DNA from: Camelus dromedarius
Lineage: Eukaryota
Assembly (NCBI RefSeq): GCF_036321535.1
Contig: NC_087436.1
Span: 100,876,001-100,940,000, forward strand
Direction: 5' to 3'
DNA length: 64,000 nucleotides
Numbering within the stretch: the stretch's first letter is position 1; each line of letters starts with the position of its first letter. The notes beneath the pieces were generated by a model that did not search any database, was not told the DNA's origin, and saw only the letters and a list, made by a program, of their open reading frames with translations. This document shows, one piece after another, positions 37,961 to 49,330 of the stretch. The translations under genes were made by a program, and so were the position numbers.

Positions 37961-38477
37961 ATTCAATCAACTAAACACCTATTGTCCTAGGCCCGCATGA
38001 AAACAGTTATGAGCTATGTGGGCAAGTTACTGGCTCTCATATTTTGCAATCTAGTGTGTATGTGGTGAGGACAAAAGGTAGGAGGAGGCAGAGTAAGTAT
38101 ATAAGCAAAGAGATAAATGGAATGATTTCAGAGAAGAGGGGTGATGCGGTTGAGTGTGACTGGGGCTTTGGGGTTGGAGAGTGTCCCTATCTAATTTAGA
38201 CATTTGTCTTGGGATCTGAAAGACAAAACAGTTATAGCCATCTTGGGGAGAAAGAATGTGGGCAGTAGGAAGAGCAAGTGCAAAGGGCCTGGGGTGTGAA
38301 GCTTGGTGTGTTTGATGACTAGATAGAATGGTAGTGTGGTTGGAACACAGAGAGCCCAGAAGAGGATGACAGGAGAAGAGGTCAGGATTAGGCAGGGTTC
38401 AGGTACTGGAATATTTATAAGGCATGGCAAGGAATTTTGATCTCATTCTCAGAGAGATGGATTAGAAGATTTGACCC
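37961..38477 (-). mobile_element. L2 LINE 3' end (L2a-like)
   Basis: attcaatcaa tail, gacatttg..gatctgaaaga, agagcaagtgcaaagggcctgggg..agcttggtgtgttt, gaggtcagg..aggcaggg, ggcatggcaaggaattt. Confidence 0.85.
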
Positions 38478-38874
38478 AAAGAATTGAGTATCTATGTTGA
38501 AAGGGATTATGATTTACCTACCTAAAACAAATACTATATTTTGTTGTATAAAATTATATATGAATACAGTGGGACCATCCTTCCATGTAACCATTTATGT
38601 CAAGAAGTACTGAGTCTTGGTATAAAGTGGTCAGAGAAGCTACTGTTTTATTACAAACAGTGCATGTGCTTCCTTTCAGATTGATCAGATTTGGGGACTT
38701 TATGTAGAAATAGTCATAAACTTGTTTAGGATACTTTAGAAGGTACAAGATATCATTGTGTTGGTCATGTTACAATCCATTTTGTTTGTCTATGTAGGCT
38801 CTAAATCAAGGCCCAAGGTGCCAAAGCTCAGCTAAGATCTTTGACTTCACTACTTACATAACTGCCAAGACCCT

Positions 38875-39325
38875 AAGGCCGTGGAATAAAGTCCAACCTC
38901 CTGAGCACAGCACTCAAGTCTCCCGCCCTGACCAATTGTGCCTTTCTATACCTGCTTTCATTTACAAATATTTATTTCATCTGCTTTGACAATTTATATT
39001 ACACTCTCCCCATCTACTTTAATATTTACATACCCTTCCGAATCTAGCCCAAATGTCAATTTCTCCATTAAGTTTTTCTTGATTCCCCCAAACAGACTTA
39101 ATTATACATGTGTTTTACTCTCATAACACTCTGAAAGCTCCAAGTGAAGAAATTATCACATGGTCTTGTAATTATCTGTTTTTCCTTCCATATTGTACAA
39201 TAAAGAATGATTCCCTCCAGGACAGGCATTATATTTCACTCGCTTTTTTTTCTGAACATATCACTAGTTTATTCCAGGGACTAATTCATTTCAGGAACTT
39301 GAAGAGCTCGGTGGAGGAGTGAATG
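38875..39325 (+). mobile_element. L2 3' fragment
   Basis: gaataaagtccaacctcctgagcacagcactcaag, cccaaatgtca..ttctcc, ctccaggacaggca..at, ending in gagtgaatga. Confidence 0.65.
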
Positions 39326-39429
39326 ACAGGTGACTGCACAGTGTCGTCATTCTCCCCTTATATTTGATTGAGTTCCCTTGCGTGCTCTGTGTAGTGTGAT
39401 TGAGATCAAATGTCTCTCTGAAATGGCTT

Positions 39430-39820
39430 CAGGTTTCTGGCTTTCGTGTCTCCACTGATGCTGTTGCCTGTTCTTATACTTGCTTCTTTCCACTAATGAC
39501 ACTACCTGTTAAATCTTACACATCTTCCAAAACCTATCTAAAATGATCAGTTCTCCACAAAGCCTGTCCTCTCTCCTAATCCAAGAAACTTCCTTCCTTC
39601 TCCTGTATCCCCTCACACATTGTCAGTGCTTCCTTTTTTCTCATCTTCTTCTGCACTGGGTCTGTTTATGTTAAATTACAATTATTAGTGCACAAGTCTT
39701 TATGCTTGTAATGCAACTCTAAGCTCTTTAAATGAGATCATAGATGGTTTTCTTTGTCCCACTCTCTTACAGCTGTGCACAGGAGCACATATTTTAGGGT
39801 CAGGCAACTGCAGTGTTCAG
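39430..39820 (+). mobile_element. L2 3' fragment
   Basis: tgatgctgttgcc, aaatcttac.catcttccaa, ttctccacaaagcct, ctctaagctcttt. Confidence 0.5.
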
Positions 39821-42277
39821 TAGAATAACTCATGTAGTTATAAATGTTATCCTGTTTGCATTTTTTCAAAATTGAAAATAGATTTCACATATTATTCCCA
39901 TTAACGATGACAACAGCCAGCAAAACCCTTCATCAAATTGGGTATTTTTATTTGTCCAAAGGATTTCTTTAGAGTTTTATACCAGCTTTGTTTTTATCTC
40001 AAAGTGTGCTAATGTGCATTTATTGTGTGTTTCAGATGCTCCAATATTGTCTTCCAAAGAAAATTAGCTTTGTTACATTTCCAAACTTAGCAAAACAAAG
40101 ATAGTTAAAATGAGTCATAGCTCTGACACCAGTTTAGTACTAAAAGCAGTTATTTATACGAGCTAATCTAAAAGTAATAACAACTAAAGAAAGTGTTCTC
40201 ACTCGCTTCAGAATACACAGAAATGCAAATAGCCTATTACTGGTCTCTACTATTAATTACAGAATCTACTTAACCCTGCAGGGAGAGTTCTTTCTAAATG
40301 CTGTATTTCTGTGTATTTCTAAAAGTGCAAAGGGAAAAAGGAATGGCTGACTTAATATCACAAACCTAAGTGGAAGGTGAGGGGTTTATGCCAGGGAGAA
40401 TGATGGGAGTATGTTCTCACGACATCAGAGCACTGACTCTGTAGATGAACTAAGGTGGGTGGGATAAATGCAATGAATTGAGCTCTCTCTGCAGACTTAA
40501 CCCCATTATTTCATCACTAATGAATTGATTTGTCAAGCATCAAAAGCAGAGAGAATAGAACGAAAATGTACCTACATTTGTTAAACCTTCAACTCTTTTC
40601 TGTAATTTCTAAGCATCATTCTGTTAGGGTGATCTAGTCAAAGATGGATTCATTAGTGCTCAGTTTAGAAAAGGTTACCTTCCAGAAGACGTATTTTCTA
40701 CCAACTTCTTTTTCTTGGCGAATAACTGATTTTCTTTCATATAGATAAAAAAATAAATAACCCTGTTTGTAAATAAAGGGACATACACGTACATGTAAGT
40801 GTGGTAGGATAAATTTAAAATATAGTTTCAGAGAGATGATGAGTTTTTGGCTTTTGGGAAAGTAATAGCCTCACAGTGAACTAATACTATGCATTTTCTA
40901 TATATATTTTCCTCTTCCAGAGACTTAAAAAACATCTATTAAAGATGATTCTACCTGTGAATGAGCTTTGAATTAACTTTGCTTCTGTCAAAGCTCATTT
41001 ATCAACCTGACAGTGTGAGTTCCTAAAAGCAAATAAGAGCAGGAAAGGGCCCTGCACTCTTGCCTTGGGAGAATTAAGCTCCTTTTCCAAAAGGAAAGGC
41101 ATCCTAGAGAAAGCTGTAGTATTTTGCACAAACTCAGCAAAATACTACATAATGTCTTTTTTTAGAAGACCCTATATAACTTGCGTCTGGTACACATCTA
41201 AAAGTCCCTCCCTTACAACAGTGCATTATACATACATTTGTTCATCTCCATGAATCTGATGGAGTTTTAGTTTTAAAATGCAAGGGTTCAGGAGAAAAAA
41301 AGTAAAATGAAACCGCCTCTGTAAAAGTAACTTCTGGTTATGTATTATTTTGATATTTTTATGTCTGTTCTTATAGTCTTCATATATAATCCTAAAGATA
41401 AAATAATTTGATACTGCTTGAGAAATATTTTCTATAGGCTACACTAACTTAAAAAATCTGAATAGGTCTACAAAAACTTAAGTTTAATAAAAAGGTCATT
41501 CAATTAATACTGCAAAATGGTTTGCTTGAGCAAATGCCTACATACAAACATTGAGGATCCAGGCACAGATGTCCGTGTTTTATTAACTGATGTCCTTGAG
41601 AACGTATCTATGTAACTTGAGTAACTCCCTTTTCACTAACGGTGTGGAACATCTTAGAGAGAATTCTATTAAACAAAAAGTCTGTCTTATTATTGGATCT
41701 TGCTGGATCAATGATGCTAAAAACATTATCCAACCAGTTCAAAAAGTATTCATTGTCAGATGTCCATCTAAATAATTATGGCCATTTTGTTTAAACAAAA
41801 TGTTAAAAATCATACTACTGAATGACCATGTGTGTTGGTCAATGGATCAGTCATACTACAGGTGGAGTGAACTCTCTGGAAAACCCAGAATAGAAGGTGA
41901 CGGTGGATCAAAAACAGTCATTCTCACACGCACATGCATATTTCACACTTTGCCAAGAAGTCACTTCGTATCAATTCCACCTTCAATGGAAAGAAAAACC
42001 CCCTTTAGGCTTGGACTACCTTTACCTTTTTAAATTAAAGTCTGACTAGGTCAGTTTATTTTCAGATTGAAAACAGGATCAGTTGCATTAAGTACCTCAA
42101 TAATATAATTAAAGTATTTGAGCTGTGAAAGGTGATTGCATAATATTGTGGTTTTAAGAAGGCAAAACCTCAGAAATTCAGCTTAGAGTCAATGGATTGA
42201 AAGAACTGCCAACTGAAAATGAACTAAAACTGAGAAAATATGGGATGAAATTATATTATTACAAAATACACAAACTA

Positions 42278-42600
42278 GGTGAAGAGGGCCCAAAGGTTCA
42301 AACTTCCAGTTATAAAATTATTGTCACGGGGCTGTAATGTACAGCATGGTGACTGCAGTTTACAATACTGTATTGCATATCTAAACATTATGAAAAGAGT
42401 AGGCCTTAAAATTTCTCATCATAAGAAAAATCTTTTTGTAATCATGTATGGTCACAGATGTTACTTAGACTAATTGTAGTGATCATTTTGCAATATATAC
42501 TAACATCAAGTCATTATGTCATACACTTGAAGTTAATATAACATTATATATCAATTAGAACACACACACAAAGAAATAAAACAATAAAAGAAAAACAAAT
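42278..42600 (+). mobile_element. L1MA9-like 3' UTR with A-rich tail
   Basis: aaaggttcaaacttccagttataa, gtaatgtacagcatggtgact, tgatcattttgcaatatatac, tcattatgtcatacac.tgaa.ttaatata closely follow the L1MA9 3' end. Confidence 0.9.
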
Positions 42601-44799
42601 ACCCCCAAATATAGCTAATGCCATTTTATGAACAGATAAAAAAAGTGAACAAATATAAGAATGAAAAAATATTTTTAAAAACTTTGCCAGATGGACAGGT
42701 GAGCTGAAAAGAAAAATTTCCCCAACTTTTATTCTTAGAAAGGTTTCAATTTTTAAGAAAATTTGAGTATAATTACATCTAACTTATACTGTCATTTGCT
42801 CTGCAACTTTATGCAAAAGCTAGAGGTTATCCTAAAGCAATGCAAGTCATTAAGGTGTCATTTTGAAGGCACTATATTGCAACTCATTTTTTCTTTCCTT
42901 AAACATTATTTTTAATGATATGCAAGGTGATACACATTTCTTCTTGCTGGGATGTCTCTGATAATATTTTTGTTACAAAATTCTTCAAATGATCACGGAG
43001 AATGCCCTAAATCCTATGAGAGGGACAGGTGTTTTCACAAGGAAACTTGAGGCCTGAGGTACCATGGAGACTTGCTGATTTCAGCAAAGTGAATGAATTG
43101 TATGCGGTTTCTGATGCCCAGATTGAACAGAATAAAGCAAGTCCTCCATGGATTAATGCTCTTGAAAGTCAAAGGGCCTCTTTTGCAAAAGTTGGCAGAG
43201 GGCTGCCTTACGGTTGAAGTAAACTCCCTTCTTTGAAAACTCCCATTTATCTCCAAAAATAAAGACACAGAAGAGGAAATCATAGAGGAAATCATAGAGC
43301 TTTTTTTAAAAAAGCATCTATATTGTCTATCGGTTTAGTATTTAGCTCAAACTTAACAGCTATACCAGTGTGTAAATACACACATACATATTAAGAAGTT
43401 ACAGGTACTTAACAAAGAGGTCATCTTTTCTGTGACTCCAACATTTCTAGGACAAAGTCAAGGGAAGTATTTGGAGCCATCATTTTAAAACAAATGTTGT
43501 TCTCCGAATTATAGGTCTTCTGTCTGTTCTGGAAATAGTTGCATGGCCAGTGTAATTACGGCTTATATGAGTCACAGAAGCTGCTCCAGGCCCTTCCATC
43601 CTATTTATATTCCAGCCCTGGAACAAATACTCAGACATTAAGGAAACAATAACAAAAAACTATGGCAGGTGAAGTTCAGCAGCCACCGCCTCCATTCTTA
43701 CAACTTGAACTAAACTTGAGGATCCCAGCTGACAGGTTAGGGAGAACTCCTTCCTCCCTGGCAGTCCTCAGCAGTTATGAGGGGGCATGCGAGGGAGGTC
43801 ACAGCATCGTTTGAGGTCTGACCTTGCTGGGCTATTGTAGAGAAATGAATCCTACTGAAAAAATTGGCCATAGCAATTTTCTCTACAGCAGAATAATGCA
43901 CTTCACAAGAGAAGTGTCAGATTATTGAATTCTTTGTGCTGAAATGCCCTTTGTACGAGGGTGTATATATTACACCCTACAAGCCAAATACAGTTCCCAT
44001 ACATTCTGTCCAGCTTCAGCTTACAAGTCATCCTGTTGTGTGGGAAGTTTCATAGAACAACAATGTGTAAGTTGAACGCCACTGAATGTTTTTTCTATTT
44101 TCTCTTGAGTTAATAGAATCAAAGGAAAGAAGACCAAAATTATGAGAATTGTAGTTTCAAAAGTAGAAAAAAAATGAAGCCCCATTTTCCCACAAGACAA
44201 AACTAGCAACACTTTTGGAATATCTTGTCTCCATAATCAGTCTCTCTACAGGTAAGTATGTCTGGATTGTATCAAACTGTTAAACCCATGTGTAGAAGAG
44301 ACTATATATTTAAAAATAGTTCTTATCAATGAGATCCTTTAGGAGCAGATAGCAAATATTTAAAAAGCATCTTTTGGTCTGAGACAGACTTTGAGGCTTA
44401 AAATAGTCTTTATTTCAGAATAGGGGAGAATTTTTGCTATTCTCTTTATTTCATTGTATGTATAATTTAGTTCTAACAATTTAGTATCTCTTGCTTGGAA
44501 AATCTTCTACTATATCTTAGAATGAACTTACAAGATTCCCCACAGATCTTAAAAGGAAGAAGCTTGTTTGGTTTATTGAAATTGTTAAAAAAAAAAAAAA
44601 AGAGGTGTTGTAAACTCATAAAAAAATGAACTAAGTTGGTGACATCGTGCAAGCTTAGCAAACATTATTTTACTTCTCACTCCTTTCATTCTTTTTGGTC
44701 CCTTGATAATGTTACACTTTGTGATCTGGACACTTTTCTCCTTCACTCCCAATATCCTTCCAGCCAATAGTTACTGACACTATACTAAGTACTGTAATA

Positions 44800-44933
44800 C
44801 ATGCAACAGTCCTGGCAACACAATACTATCCTCATTATTTGGAGAAAGAAATTGGCTCTCAACAATTTAAAGTCTTGCCCCACAAGGCTGGTAAACAGTA
44901 GAGCTCAGACTCCAGTCTGGCCTCTTTAATCCT
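44800..44933 (-). mobile_element. MIR fragment
   Basis: tactatcctcatt..gagaaagaaattggctc..cttgccc..gctggtaaa..gtagagctcagact..cagtctgg. Confidence 0.6.
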
Positions 44934-45031
44934 AATTAGGCAGATGGCAGCTCAGTGATGAAATTTCTCTGAAATAGACTTTGAGGGTCATATCTGCTTT
45001 GAATTGAAACAGATCGGAGAGATTACTGAAA

Positions 45032-45189
45032 GAGTGGTTCCCACACCTTGTTGTGCATCAAGGTCGCTATGGAGCAAAAATCACAGATTCCTGGGCACTG
45101 ATCCTACATTCAGATTCCTCCGGACTGGGGTGGAGCTTCTGAATATGCTTCACAGCTGAATGGATGCACAGTGGATTTAGAAAGCATGG
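45032..45189. mobile_element. MER5A/B-like hAT MITE inside a reverse MIR remnant
   Basis: gagtggttcccacac..tgtgcatca..ggagc.aaaa..acagattcctgggc..attcag..ctggggtggag..tttagaaagcatg. Confidence 0.7.
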
Positions 45190-46089
45190 AACTCTTCCAG
45201 ATCTCTTATTTTAGAGATGGGACAGCTGAGACTCGTGTTTGTGCTGACAAGCAGAATAAAGCCCAGACTTCTCCTCTCACCAATCCTTTTTCTCCTCTAT
45301 CATGACCAGCAACTAGTTCTGGTGTACAACTATCTCTGTGGACCACACAGTTATTCTTTTATTTCTCTTTATCATCTCTAGTCATTTTTCTTTAAGAAAT
45401 TGTGAATGAAATGAATGCATGTATTGGGAGAGACATGCTTTAAAATGTTTGTGAAATACTGTGCCTCCTCTACTGTTATTTTGGTTAAAGGACACAAAGG
45501 GAGGCAACTGGGTCTTTATGAAAAAATCTTGGATACCACAGATGACACCCTGCATATGGAAAAGCGTATTTGGGTTGTTAAGTACTGTGTCAGTGGCTTG
45601 ACCAAAACACATTAATCCCCATTTAAAAGCAAATTTCATGTCAAAGCACCTAGCAAGAGCAATGTCATAGTGAAATTCCAAAAGGTGGAGTGCACAGAAC
45701 AGATTAATAGAGCCCATTAGAAGGTGTCTGAGACACTGTTACATTTTGAGAACATGGCTTTGGTGAGTGAGAACGGCTAATAATGACGCCTGAGCTAATT
45801 TCCCACTTGAATTCTCACTTTGTTTTTAATCTTACATTAAATATGAAGAGAAAAATTAAAGGGATGTAAATTTCCTGAAAGCTTCTCAGGGTTTGGGCAG
45901 AGACAAATGAACTGTAAGTCTTTTTCTTTTTTTAAGGGGGTTGCTTATGAATACATTTATTCTTATGTAATAGAACATTGGTATTACATTATAAAATCCA
46001 TCCTATGAAAACAATATTCAAGCTGAGCTAGCTCTAAGCCCTTCATTTAACATGGGAGAAATGGAACATTTCCTTCTAATTATTTGCAG

Positions 46090-46218
46090 GTATTATCTCC
46101 TAAATTAGATAGTGAATCTTAAGAAAAAATAGCCCCTTCTTACGCTGCACTGTAATGGCACTGGAACTCAAGTGAAGCCTAACTGGAATTAGGTGGGGAT
46201 ATTTGCTGAATGAATGAA
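46090..46218 (+). mobile_element. L2 3' terminus
   Basis: Ends atatttgctgaatgaatgaa, the typical L2 tail. Confidence 0.55.
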
Positions 46219-47330
46219 GTGGCTGATAGGGAACTGGATGGTGATCATTGATTGGTCAGGGTGATGTTTCTGAGGCCACAAGAAACGCTCACGAGATACC
46301 AACTTCCAAGAACGCTTCAGGGAAAACGTAGCACTACTAAGTCTAAGATGTAATCACCCTGGATCATTTATCTCCCAGTTTCCCCTCTATTACCAGCGGA
46401 ACTCAGTTTTTAACCCTGAAATTGTATTAGACCCTTAAAAGTGTCCTGCTGTAAAGTATTTTTTCCCCTAGTTCCAACAGTTTCCAGAACCATAGGAGAT
46501 TTCTGTTAATATTCTGATAAACCCTACTGGGTAATAATGACTGTCAACTCCAGCTTGACAGAACACTTTTCAATTTTCTTAAGTTAAAAAGCTGAAGAAA
46601 GAAAAAACAAAGAAGATAAGGCAAAAAGCATACAGTCACAATGACAGGTCCTGAACTCTTTCTGCCCAGTACCCGCTGATCGATTTAATAATCATGTGTT
46701 AAACGCCTACTGTATGCAAGATTCTCTCTAATGCCACATATTTTTCTGAAGTCCTCACCAGTACATGGACTGCCTGCTTTATTTCCTCTTCCACTGCTGA
46801 CTACATGCTTTGTAATTGGAGAAGCATTAATTTTACCTTGAATGTGATCTCTTAGCAACAGGTAAGTGAGGGAAAAGAAAGTTGAAAATTGCAACCCTGA
46901 CTCCAAACCACAAAGTGAAGACAATTTTCTGTAAAGTCCATTTAATTTAAAATCTCTTTTCTGCCTCTCAGACAGCCTTCCCACTAAGCACTGCTATTAA
47001 AGTGCTGCTCATTCCACCTCACCAAGAATTGCTCTCCTGCTTGTTTCGATGACTCACTGCCAAGTACACTAGGCAGAAGCTGCCACATGGATCTTATATT
47101 TATTGCTGATATGCGGGGGAGAGGATGAGAACAAGTCAAATGTCTGGGGTCCCGGCATTGCCAGAGGAAAATAATAACATACCTGGTTTACACAGCATCC
47201 CTCCAGTCGAGTTGGGGGGTCTTGCTTCCTTGCAAAAGCACCAGGAGGACGATAAACTACATTACCATACTATTTGACAAATGGGATTCTAAATTAAAGA
47301 TCTTTGCCATGTTCAAAATCAAAGTAAGTC

Positions 47331-47490
47331 CGGGGGAGGGTACAGCTCAGGGGTAGAGTACATGCTTAGCATGCACAGGGGACTGGGTTCAATCCCCAGT
47401 ATCTCCATTTTTAAAAACTAAATAAAAAAGTAAATAAATAAGCCTAATTACCCCCAGCCCCAAACAAACAAACAAACAAAAAAACAACAA
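47331..47490 (+). mobile_element. tRNA-derived SINE, camelid vic-1-like
   Basis: GGGGAGGG start, A box (tacagctcaggggtagag), B box (gggttcaatcccc), AT-rich body, cctaattaccccc block, (CAAA)n tail; 16-bp TSD aaaatcaaagtaagtc (47315-47330) / aaaatcaaatgaagtc (47491-47506). Confidence 0.88.
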
Positions 47491-47579
47491 AAAATCAAAT
47501 GAAGTCAACTTGAGAACTGTAATCAAAAAGTAATTATCTTCATTAATGACAATGTAAGTTGTTCACAATATACTAAGTC

Positions 47580-48250
47580 AGATTCTGCAAAAAACTGAAA
47601 ATAGACTTATCTTATGATCCAGCAATCTCACTCCTGAGCATATACCCAGAGGAAACTCTAATTCAAAAAGATACATGCACCCCAAAGTTCATAGCAGCAC
47701 TATTTACAATAGCCAAATCATGGAAGCAACTTAAATGTCTATTGACAGAAGATTGGATAAAGAAGATATCACACACACAATGGAATATTACTCATCCATA
47801 AAAAAGAATAATGCCATTTTCAGCAACATGGGTGGACCTGAAAATTGTCATACTAAGTGAAGCAAGCCAGAAAAAGGAAGAAAAATACTACATGATATCA
47901 CTTATATGTGGAATCTAAAAAAGTGACACAGATGAACTTATTTACAAAACAGACTCATAGATGTAGAAAACAAAATTGTGGTTACCAGCAGGGAAAGGAG
48001 GTGGTGGAGGGATAAATCGGGAGTTGGGGATTTGCAGATAGTAACTACTGTATGTAAAATAGATAAAAAGCAAGGCCCTACTGTATAGCACAAGGAACTA
48101 TATTCAATACCTTGTAATAGCCTATAATGAAAAAGAATATGCAAAGGAATATATGTGTATATATGTATATATTTGAACTGAGTCTCTATACTGTACACTA
48201 GAAACTAACACATTGTAAACTGACTATACTTCAATTAAAAAAAAAAAAAA
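47580..48250 (+). mobile_element. 5'-truncated young L1: ORF2 C-terminus, 3' UTR and poly(A)
   Basis: Translates KKLKIDLSYDPAISLLSIYPEETLIQKDTCTPKFIAALFTIAKSWKQLKC (L1 ORF2 C-terminal region); ends tatacttcaatt plus an A run. Confidence 0.95.
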
Positions 48251-48508
48251 GATATACTGAAGTCCTAACTACCGTCCCCTTACAGAATGTGAACTTATTC
48301 TGAAATCGAGTCCTTGCAAATGCAATCAAGTTGAGATGTGGTCACACTGGAGTAGGGTGGACCTGTAACCCAATATGACTGGTATTCTTGTAAGAACAGA
48401 GAATGCAATGTGAAGACAGACACACAGGATGGACATCGTGTGAGGACAGAGATGGAAGCAATGCAGCAAGGAAGGCCAAGGGCTGCTGTTCCCCCGCCCC
48501 CAGGAGTT
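48251..48508 (+). mobile_element. MaLR LTR, MLT1C-like, partial
   Basis: gatat..tgaagtcctaac, cagaatgtga.cttatt, gttgagatg.ggtcacactggagtagggtgg, ccaatatgactggt.ttctt.taagaa. Confidence 0.85.
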
Positions 48509-48719
48509 CGGACCTAACATTCTAATTTTACATTTTGGAAACTCTACTGATGATTATTACATGGCCCCAAACATAATATCAGGTCTCAGAATCTGCTTTC
48601 TGGTATATGGTGTGTTGTAATAGTCGTGTAAAATCAACCCTAAACATTTAAATCGTCTTGAGATGTCAACACATTTGTATAGACTTTGTGCCAGTGCAAC
48701 ATCCAGCTCAAAACTGGCT

Positions 48720-48915
48720 GGAACTGGGTTGAATCTCTTCTCCAGTGACTACCAGCTATTTGACTTCTCTTGACCTCAGTTTCTTCATCCATAAACTATT
48801 GACATTTACAGAAAACCTACGCTTATTGAGATGTTATAATACACAGAAGAGATCAGATGCAAGAATCACTTAGCTGAATGTCTAATGCATATGTGCTCAT
48901 TAAATATTAGGTAAC
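48720..48915 (+). mobile_element. MIR SINE
   Basis: ctgggttgaatc..actaccagct..cctcagtttcttcatccataaa..cacttagc..gtgctcattaaatattag. Confidence 0.75.
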
Positions 48916-49160
48916 ATTACATTCTATAGAGTGGGACAGGCAATTTAAATAATGAACATACTACTTTGAATATCTATCCCCTTGTCAGAAAAGAGATAAC
49001 AGCATTCTTTGAAATCAGTTATCCATTGCTTTGACTGCAAGAACTACCATTTCATTTGTGCCATCTCTTTTAAAAGTTACTTAACCTGAGAATCAGTGTG
49101 CTCAACTGTGAAATGGAAAAAAAAAATAATACATATTTCATTTGGATAGCTTTGGAAAAA

Positions 49161-49330
49161 TAATAATAATGATAATAACTACTGTCGTTTATTGGGTCTG
49201 ACAATGAGTCAGGCCCTAAATTAAACACTGTATGCGTAGTAGTATATTCAATCCTTGCAAAATCTTTGTGAGTTATTTTGAGGAACCAATTCCTAAGAAT
49301 TAAATGTAGGTGAACTGCATAAATCAAATG
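49161..49330 (-). mobile_element. MIR fragment
   Basis: aataact..tttattgggt..tgagtcaggc..attcaatccttgcaaaatctttgtgag..tgaggaa. Confidence 0.55.

Noticed and set aside
47332..47407. tRNA gene
   Set aside because: A/B boxes are present, but it continues into a SINE body and tail and is flanked by TSDs, so it is a SINE head.
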